A DNA stretch of 55,877 nucleotides. Source: Octopus sinensis. Lineage: Eukaryota. The DNA lies in NCBI RefSeq assembly GCF_006345805.1, contig NW_021832846.1, positions 1 through 55,877 of the forward strand. The letters run 5' to 3'. The notes below the pieces were generated by a model. The model was not told the DNA's origin. It saw nothing but the letters and a program-made list of their open reading frames with translations, and searched no databases. The first letter of the stretch is position 1, and each line of letters starts with the position of its first letter. The position numbers and the translations under genes are program-made. This document shows positions 47,150 to 55,877 of the stretch, in pieces.

Positions 47150-48399
47150 ATTATTATTATGATTATTATTATTATTATCATCATTATTATTATTATCATT
47201 ATTATATTATTATTATTATTATCATCATTATTATTATATTATTATCATTATTATTATTATCATTATTATTATTATCATTATTATATTATTATTATCATTA
47301 TTATTATTATTATCATTATTATTATTATTATTTTTATTTATTATTTTTATTATTATTATTATTATTATCATTATTATTATTATTATTATCATTATTATTA
47401 TCATTATTATTATTATTTATTATTATTGCAAGCTGATAGAATCGTTAGCACACCAGGTGAAATGCTTAGCAGTATTTCAGCTGCTGTTCCATCTGAGTTC
47501 AGATTCCGCTGAGGTCAGCTTTGCCTTTCATCTTTTCGTGGTCAATAAATTAAGTACCAGTGAAACACCAGAGTTGATGTAATCAACACATCCCTTCTGG
47601 CAAAAATTTGAAAACATCATTATTATTATTATTGAGTGAGAGAGCAGTTCATGCCATCAAAGTGACACTGGGGTAAAATATACGAAGCCCAGTATACCCA
47701 TCATGACTACCCGTCTGATAAAGGTACACCAGGCACATGCATCACAACCATATGTGCGCGACATGGTGATCTCATATCAAGATAAACAGCAGATGACCTT
47801 GCAGGTGGGGCCCAGTTAGAATTTTCTTCTAGTCGAGTAGCCCATACCGCTCAAAAGGTACCTGAATAAGGGTTGTTTAAGGATGTTGAACGAAACACCC
47901 ATGTTTCCAGAGGTGAATTATTCAAATCCCAAAGAATGCCTCTCAACACATGGCTATGATGCTCACCCACTACTTCCTGCATGGGATCAGAGATGCACAT
48001 ATCGTCAGCCACTAAGGGACATGGTCAACTGGTTAAGGTCAAACAACTGACAAGCAAATCTGTGGTATTGAGCAGAATATTTGCTGTAGCCCATCTTTAC
48101 ACCAAGACAAAACAATGTACATGATAACACTTCCAATCAGTTAAGATCAGAAGCCATGAGAGCCACTGCCTGGTACTGCATCAGGGCATCATTATTATTA
48201 TTATTATTATTATATTATTATTATTATCATTATTGTTATTATCATTATTATTATATTATTATTATGATTATTATTATTATCATTATTAATATTATTATTA
48301 TTATTATTATTATCATTATTATTATTATTATTATATTATCATTATTATTATTATCATTATTATTATATTATTATTATCATTATTATTATTATTATCATT

Positions 48400-48430
<31 letters not shown>

Positions 48431-49289
48431 TTATTTTTATTATTATTATCATTATTATTATTATTATTATCATTATTATTATCATTATTATTATTATTAT
48501 TATTATTATTGCAAGCTGATAGAATCGTTAGCACACCAGGTGAAATGCTTAGCAGTATTTCAGCTGCTGTTCCATCTGAGTTCAGATTCCGCTGAGGTCA
48601 GCTTTGCCTTTCATCTTTTCGTGGTCAATAAATTAAGTACCAGTGAAACACCAGAGTTGATGTAATCAACACATCCCTTCTGGCAAAAATTTGAAAACAT
48701 CATTATTATTATTATTGAGTGAGAGAGCAGTTCATGCCATCAAAGTGACACTGGGGTAAAATATACGAAGCCCAGTATACCCATCATGACTACCCGTCTG
48801 ATAAGGGTAAACTAGGCACATGCATCACAACCATGTGTGTGTGACATGGTGATCTCATATCAAGATAAACAGCAGATGACCTTGTAGGAGGGGTCCAGTT
48901 AGAATTTTCTTCTAGTCGAGTAGCCCATACCGCTCAAAAGGTACCTGAATAAGGGTTGTTTAAGGATGTTGAACGAAACACCCATGTTTCCAGAGGTGAA
49001 TTATTCAAATCCCAAAGAATGCCTCTCAACACATGGCTATGATGCTCACCCACTACTTCCTGCATGGGATCAGAGATGCACATATCGTCAGCCACTAAGG
49101 GACATGCTCAACTGGTTAAGGTCAAACAACTGACAAGCAAATCTGTGGTATTGAGCAGAATATTTGCTGTAGCCCATCTTTTATACCAAGACAAAACAAT
49201 GTACATGATAACACTTCCAATCAGTTAAGATCAGAAGCCATGAGAGCCACTGCCTGGTACTGCATCAGGCATCATTATTATTATTATTA

Positions 49290-49324
<35 letters not shown>

Positions 49325-49415
49325 GATGATTATTATTATTATCATTATTATATTATTATTATCATCATTATTATTATTATTATTTATTATTATTATTATT
49401 ATATTATTATCATTA

Positions 49416-49449
<34 letters not shown>

Positions 49450-49469
49450 GTTATTATCATTATTATTAT

Positions 49470-49510
<41 letters not shown>

Positions 49511-49760
49511 GTTATTATCATTATTAATATTATTATCATTATTATTATTATTATTATTATTATTGAGGCAGCAAGCTGACAGAGTTGTTAGCACACGGCA
49601 AAATGCTTAGTGGTATTTCATCTACCTTTATGTTCTGAGTTCAGATTCTGCTGAGGTCAGCTTTGCCTTTCATCATTTTCGCAGTCAATAAATTAAGTAC
49701 CAGTGAAACACTGGGATCAATATAATCAATACATCCCTTGTGGCAAAAATTTGAAACCAT
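47150..49760. repeat. 1083-bp tandem duplication of [(TTA)n - Nin-SINE - 555-bp element], plus a partial third unit
   Basis: Element starts at 47634 and 48717; the SINE copies near 47430 and 48510 are near-identical. Confidence 0.85.
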
Positions 49761-50251
49761 TATCATTATTATTATTATTATTCTGCGAGCTGGCAGAATC
49801 GTTAGCACGCCGGTCGAAATGCGTAGCCGTATTTCGTCTGCCGTTATGTTCTGAGTTCAAATTCCGCCGATGTCGACTTTGCCTTTCATCCTTTCGGGGT
49901 TGATTAAATAAGTACCAGTTACGCACTGGGGTCGATGTAATCAACTTAATCCATTTGTCTGTCCTTGTTTGTCCCCTCTATGTTTAGCCCCTTGTGGGTA
50001 GTAAAGAAATAGGTATTTCATTTGTCTTTACTTTCTGAGGTCAGCTTCGCCTGTCATCTTTTTGGGGTTAATAAATTAAGTACCAGTGAAATACTGGGGT
50101 CGATGTAATTAACACATGCCTTGTGGAAAAAATTTGAAAACATTATTATTATTATTATTCATGTAACGTTTGAAGCTGTCTGCCACTTGAGTCTGCAGTG
50201 AAGAATTAATGTTCCACTTTTCATTGGCAAGGAATTGCACAACCAGGCTTC

Positions 50252-50844
50252 AGATCTTTTCCTTTTGAACGGCAGATGTCAACACAATTTCTAGTTGACT
50301 AAACACTTTAAAACTTCGTATACTGGTAGAATGTGTTTATAAAAATCATTTTCTCTTGGTTTTATTGAGAAAATTCTATAGTTTGTAAGATATTTCGTCT
50401 GAAAATCCAAGCATTTCGGCAATTTTAACCAATCGATTACCTCCGTTCAACTAAAATCATTTGTTGCATCTAAAACTGAGACAACATCATGTAACTAACC
50501 TTAAGCCTTCCCCCTAACCCTAAATTTTTTTCTTAATTGTTAAATTAATTTAATTCCATTGCTTTAGTTTTTTTTTACACGCGTAACAATTAAGAAAAAA
50601 AAAAATTTAGGGTTAGTTACAGGATGTTGTCTTAGTTCTAGATGCAGCAAATGATTTTAGCTAAATAGAGGGCATAGGATTGGTTAAAATTCGAAAAATT
50701 AAACTACGTTAAACAAACAAATTACAATTTTCTCAAGAAAGCCAAGAGAAAAAAATGTTTTATTTTGACACATTCTACCAGTCTACGAAGTTTAAAAGTG
50801 TTTAGTTAACTAGAAATTGTCTGCCGTTCAAAAGGAAAAGATCC
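50252..50844. mobile_element. MULE/Foldback-type MITE with long TIRs and a 9-bp TSD
   Basis: GATCTTTTCCTTTTGAACGGCAG / CTGCCGTTCAAAAGGAAAAGATC; CCAGGCTTC at 50243-50251 and 50845-50853. Confidence 0.85.
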
Positions 50845-51040
50845 CCAGGCTTCCTCTCTCTTTCAGTTATGTCAGGAAGTGGTGTGGTCCACTTGTCTGA
50901 AAGGCTTAAAAGCAGGCATTTTCCTCCCTGGTCAAGCTTTCATCAGCTTCTTCGTGTACCCCTGAAAAGTGTAGCACTCGAAGAGTAGAGAGTATTGTAG
51001 CTGTTGTTTCATTTGATCTTCTTTCTCTCTGCTTCAAAAG

Positions 51041-51226
51041 GGACAGCAAGAATGACGACATTGAAGATGAAGATGATGAGGAAATTCCTAGCGATGACGA
51101 AGGGGAAGTTACAGTCAACCCACAATCCTCTGTTACAGTTGACTGCAAAGTGAAGAAAAGGAAGTTGTTGCCTCCACAAATCCGGGGATTCCTTGCTAAA
51201 AGGGCACGTAAATTTGAAACCTGTCG
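51041..51226 (+). CDS. AATF: AATF coding exon 7
   Basis: DSKNDDIEDEDDEEIPSDDE...KKRKLLPPQIRGFLAKRARKFETC(R), matching EEISSEDD...KRKL...FMAKRF..F..YR; phases 2 to 2. Confidence 0.9.
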
Positions 51227-51832
51227 GTAAGGGTTCCATTCATACTCTGTCCTTTTTTTCTTTAAAAGCTTTTATTTACCTCATTCTATCCTTAAATTTT
51301 CTTGCATTATGATGCAAACTCCTGTTTGTCAATCTTTTTATCCTGAAGAAGGAAGCCAGTATTATGGTTAATGCTTAGATACATCCTCTACTGGTTGCAT
51401 ATCCTCGACTTATTGCATACTCCATCTGCCATTTACAAACATTACAATTAGTACATAATTCCAAGCCTCCAGAAACAGCTGTCGGGCTTAAAATACCACG
51501 CCTTCTCCCATTAGTTTTCTGCATTTTTTATATTTCATGTAAATATATAAATATCTATATTTATATGCTTATACATGAGTATCCATCTTCTGAACATTTA
51601 TATATATATATATATTAGAGGGAAACCACTATAAGGGCAACCCTTATGCTAGAAGCAGATCCGCTATGGTCTTACCACTAAGAAATGCTCTCAAGAAAAG
51701 TTTTTTTGCTAAATTTTTCTTGAGAACATTTCTCAGTAGTAAGACCATAGCGGATCTACTTCTAGCATAAGGGTTGTCCACACAGTGGTCATCCTTCTCA
51801 TATGTATGTATGTGTGTGTGTGTGTGTATATA

Positions 51833-52132
51833 TCATCATCATCATTTAACGTCTGTTTTCCACGCTAGCACGGGTTGGACGGTTTCGACCGGGGTCTGGG
51901 GAGCCAGGGGCTGCCCCAGGCTCCAGTCTGGTCTGGCAGTGTTTCTACAGCTGGATGCCCTTCCTAACGCCAACCACTCCGCAAGTGTAGTGGGTGCTTT
52001 TTACGTGCCACCTGCACAGGTGCCAGAGGGGTCTGGCATCAGCCACGGTCAGTTGGTGCTTTTTATGTGCCACCTGCACAGAAGCCAGTCGGGGCGGTGC
52101 TGGCATCGGCCACGTTCGGATGGTGCTTTTTA
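51833..52132 (-). mobile_element. RTE-LINE 3'-UTR fragment
   Basis: (CAT)n-TTTAACGTC...CAGCTGGATGCCCTTCCTAACGCCAACC. Confidence 0.75.
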
Positions 52133-53281
52133 AGTGGGGGGAGGGTGCGGAAATATAGGGGAGCACCAGTGGGGAGGGGTGTTCGGAGAAACGATGACAG
52201 GTTCTAGACAAGTAGAACGTAGGATATCACGAGAGGGGTAATGCATGGTGAAATAGCGTATTGAAGAGGGGGGTTCGAAGAGTAGACACCTATAATGGTG
52301 GTGGGAGAAGCGACATCCGGTATAGATGGAGCAAAAATATAGAGATATCCGTTATTGGTGGTGGGGGTGGGCAAGGGCGGGTGCACCGGGAATATGCGAA
52401 GGTTGAACTTGATGGGCTGGCTTAAAAATGCTCTTAGCAATGGAAGGGGGGAAAAGAAGAGGGGGGGAGGGCATACAACGTAAAAGAGGGAGAGAGAGAG
52501 AAGGGAATAGTGGAACCCCGCGAAAATCGGCCGCCATTGAAAAAATCCTGTATGGAGAAACTCAAATATCTATTCTGTATTTAGCGAGACACGAGGCCGG
52601 AAACTGATGGTCAACAATAACTAATAAATTATACAGAATATGCAATACAAGGCGAAATAATAATACTAATAAACAAATTGTCGACTGGGGGTCAAAGGGA
52701 TAATACTAATAATAATAATAATAATAATAATAAACAGCTTAACCACTAGAGATCAGACAAATTTGCATGAGAATATTACTGGTACAGATTACGGGATGAA
52801 TTAGATTAGAAAGATTTTCTTATCTTGGGAACATTTCGTTTTTCGGCCTGACACGGTGATATGCGAAGGTACACACATATTGTGTAAATATATATGTATA
52901 TTTATTTATAAATATGTGTGTGTATATTTATATATATATAAAGTAAAAGACCCCCTACAGTCATGAATGACCATGGGATTGCATCTGGAAAGTTCCCTTC
53001 CAAAGCAAATGTCCAGGCAAGGTCATTTGTGGAAAAGAAGCAATCACCCATGCATACTAGCCACTCCTCCCCCTCACTTTACGCCACTGGTGTTATCCAA
53101 GGGAGAGACAGTGGCAGAAGCAGCTTGGTACCAGTGACACACACATACAGATGAGTGAGTGGCAAAACGAAAGAAAGTGACACTCAACACATTTCATTAC
53201 ATATATTTATGTCTGTGTGTCTTATCTCACACTCTTTCCCTCTGCCTCTTCTCTCATCCTTTCTCTTGTTCTTCCCCTCAG

Positions 53282-53390
53282 TAATGCTGTGATACAGAAA
53301 TGGGACACCAAGACCAGACTCGCCTCAGGGAAACTCAACAAAAAGTCTTTCAGTGCACTGGAGCAGTCTGCTTTAAAACAGATTGAACAG
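53282..53390 (+). CDS. AATF: AATF coding exon 8 (TRAUB domain start)
   Basis: NAVIQKWDTKTRLASGKLNKKSFSALEQSALKQIEQ, matching [35 protein letters not shown]. Confidence 0.95.
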
Positions 53391-53569
53391 GTAGGTTGAA
53401 GGTTCAATCCCAGTCTGGGTGTATTGGTGTGTGTGTGTGTGTGTGTGTAATTCTCCCTTGGAAATAGGGGTGCATAGGTATGTGAATAATAGTAGGGGAT
53501 GACTGCTGCTGCTAGATACAAGGTTTGTGATATCAGCATCACACACACACAGGCATATACACACACATC

Positions 53570-53882
53570 ATCATCATCATCATATATGCATACGTGTGTA
53601 TGTCATCATCATCACCATTTAATATCCGCTTTCCATGCTAGCATGGGTTGGATGATTTGACTGAGGACTGGTGAGCCAGATGGCTGCACCAGGCTCCAAT
53701 CTTGATCTGGCAGAGTTTCTACAGCTGGATGCCCTTCCTAACGCCAACCACTCTGAGAGTGTAGTGAGTGCTTTTTACATGCCACCAGCACGAGGGCCAG
53801 TCAGGCAGTACTGGCAACGACCTCGCTCGAATCTTTGTACACATGCCACCAGCACAGGTGCCAGTAAGGCGACGTTGGTGGT
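53570..53882 (-). mobile_element. RTE-LINE 3'-UTR fragment
   Basis: Same family as 24618-24960. Confidence 0.7.
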
Positions 53883-54002
53883 TAAATAAGTATATTTTGG
53901 GGTAATTGGTTCCTCAACCCCTGCTCTATTGGATCTCTCTATATATATCTGTATATAGGCATGTCTTGTTTATACCCCAGTTGTGTTTCTTTCTATTTCC
54001 AG

Positions 54003-54107
54003 GTTTTATATGACAGAGAACGGCTCATAAAACGCACCCAGATTCAGCGGTCATCATACAAGATCTATGGTCAGCCTGAGAAGGAAGAGTCCATCACAGA
54101 TGACAGG
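54003..54107 (+). CDS. AATF: AATF coding exon 9 (gene continues beyond the window)
   Basis: VLYDRERLIKRTQIQRSSYKIYGQPE, matching [26 protein letters not shown]; CAG acceptor and AGG|GTGAGT donor. Confidence 0.95.
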
Positions 54108-54178
54108 GTGAGTACTTAGTCTTAGTTCTTCTCACTTTAACCATTTCATCACGTGATGTTCCAGGGCTCAATATCAGA

Positions 54179-54840
54179 TTATCATCATCATCATCATCAT
54201 CCTTTAACGTCCGCTGGACAATTTGACTGTGGTCTGGCAAACCAGACTCCAATCTCATCTGGCAGAATTTCTACAGCTGGATGCCCTTCCTAACGCCAAC
54301 CACTCTGAGAGTATAGTTGAATGTTTTTTACATGCCACCGGCACGAGGGCCAGTTTGGTGGTACTGGCAACGGCCACGCCCAAATGGTGCTTTTTACGCG
54401 CCACCTGCACTCCAATCTGATCTGGCAGAGTTTCTACAGCTGGATGCCCTTCCTAACGCCAACCACTCCAAGAGTATAGTGGGTGCTAAGTACCACCAGT
54501 TTGGTGGTACTTAGCAACGGTCACGCTCAAATGGTGCTTTTTACATGCCACCTGCACAGGAGCCAGTCCAGCGGCACTGGCAATGAACTTGCTCGAATGT
54601 TTTTTCAGGTGCCATCAGCACAAGTGCTAGTAAGGTGACGCAGGTAACGATCATGCTCAAATGGTGCTTTTTATGTACCACTGGCACGAAGGCCAGCTTG
54701 TTGCTCTGGCAACGATCTCACTCATATGGTACTCTTAACGCTCCACTAGCAACGGATGCCAGTCACCAAGTTTGATTTCGACTTCACTTGCCTCAACTGG
54801 TCTTCGCAAGCAGAGTTTACTGTCCAATGAAGATAAAGCA
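54179..54840 (-). mobile_element. RTE-LINE 3'-UTR fragment with an internal duplication
   Basis: The block TCTGGCAGA.TTTCTACAGCTGGATGCCCTTCC appears twice; variable GTGCCACC subrepeats. Confidence 0.7.
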
Positions 54841-55189
54841 TGCATAGGTGATTAAGATATTAAAATCTATTGGGGGACATAAATGCTGGGTGTCAGGTGC
54901 TCCAACAGGTGTTTCTGTTTGTAGAAGGTATAGACTATTAATTCTACATTATCTCAGTTCACTTGTTGGTAAACACAATCATGTAGATTGTGTTTTATAC
55001 ATGCATGATATGTGTGTGTGTGTATATAGGCACAGGCATGGCTGTATGGTAAAATCTTTGCTTCCCAACCACATGGTTCCGGGTTCAGTCCCACTGCATA
55101 CCACTTAAGCCAAGTGTCTTCTTCTATGGCTTCAGGCTGACCAAAGCCTTGTGAGCAGATTTGGTAGACTGGAAACTGAAAGAAGCTCA

Positions 55190-55790
55190 TCATCATCATC
55201 GTCGTCATCTTTTAACGCCTGCTTTCCATGCTGGCACGGGCTGGATGGTTTGATTGAGGACTGGAAAGGTTTCTACAGCTGGATGCCCTTCCGAACGCCA
55301 ACCACTCTGAGAGTGTAGTGGGTGCTTTTTATGTGCCTCCGGCATGGGGGCCAGTCAAGCAGCACTGGCCCTAACCATGCTCAAATGGTACTTTTTACAT
55401 GCTACTGACACGGGAGCCAGTTAGGTGGCACTGGCAACGACCATGCTCGAATGGTGCTTTTTATGTGCCTCCGGTACGGGACCAGTCAGGCGGCACTGGC
55501 ATCAACCACACTTGTATGGTGCTTTTTATGTGCCACCAGCATGGGAGCCAATCTGGTGGGACAGGCATCGACCATGCTTGAATGGTGTTTTTTATGTGCC
55601 CGTGGCACAGGTGCCAGTCATGCTGTATTGACATCAGCAACGACAATGATTTCACTTGATTCAACAGGTTTTCTTAAGCACAGTATATTGCCCAATGATT
55701 GAAGGGTACTCTTAAATGGGGCCGGTTGTGTGACGCTGGCATCGGCCATGACTATGATCTCACTTGGCTTGCTGGGTTTTCTCAGTCATT
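55190..55790 (-). mobile_element. RTE-LINE 3'-UTR fragment with expanded ~60-bp subrepeats
   Basis: Repeated ATGGTGCTTTTTATGTGCC..GCCAGTC units after the (CAT)n tail. Confidence 0.65.
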
Positions 55791-55877
55791 TAACATCCTC
55801 TTTCCTTGCTGGCATGGGTTGGATGGTTTCACAGGAGCTGGCCAGGCAGAAGACCACACCAGACTTCTGTGTCTGTT

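Noticed and set aside
47159-49610. Poly-I/Y/L/N ORFs
   Set aside because: Translations of (TTA)n tracts.
50510-50523. CCCTAACCCTAA telomere-like hexamers
   Set aside because: Only two units, inside a MITE; not an interstitial telomere array.
52135-52860. G-rich segment followed by a Helentron-like internal motif
   Set aside because: No termini, second copy or credible ORF in the window to support a classification.

Overview
AT-rich, repeat-dense eukaryotic DNA, most likely from an octopus (inferred from the SINE and LINE families seen, not from a database search). It holds two recognisable protein-coding genes, both on the + strand: the terminal coding exon of mitochondrial ribosomal protein S21 (MRPS21, 16706-16883; its first coding exon was not found) and the first nine coding exons of AATF/Che-1/Bfr2 (ATG 31754 to 54107, 454 codons, all splice phases consistent, continuing past the window end). 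The rest is transposon-derived. It includes a 9-kb array of Helitron-like (HINE/Lep1-type)-bounded cassettes and a young Mag-type Ty3/Gypsy element with 5-bp TSD and a nested RTE fragment. It also includes an R4/Dong-type LINE in (TAA)n, CR1/L2-type, RTE and L1/Tx1-like fragments, a mariner remnant, several MITEs, three tRNA-SINE families, and a 4.4-kb 169-bp satellite that grew inside a piggyBac-like MITE just upstream of the AATF promoter. The most unusual signal is a complete type-I hammerhead ribozyme motif inside a perfect 101-bp palindrome (13131-13366), with degenerate hammerhead-like relatives elsewhere, pointing to Penelope-like or retrozyme elements that insert into (TA)n. Nearly all ORFs in the supplied track are microsatellite or repeat artefacts.
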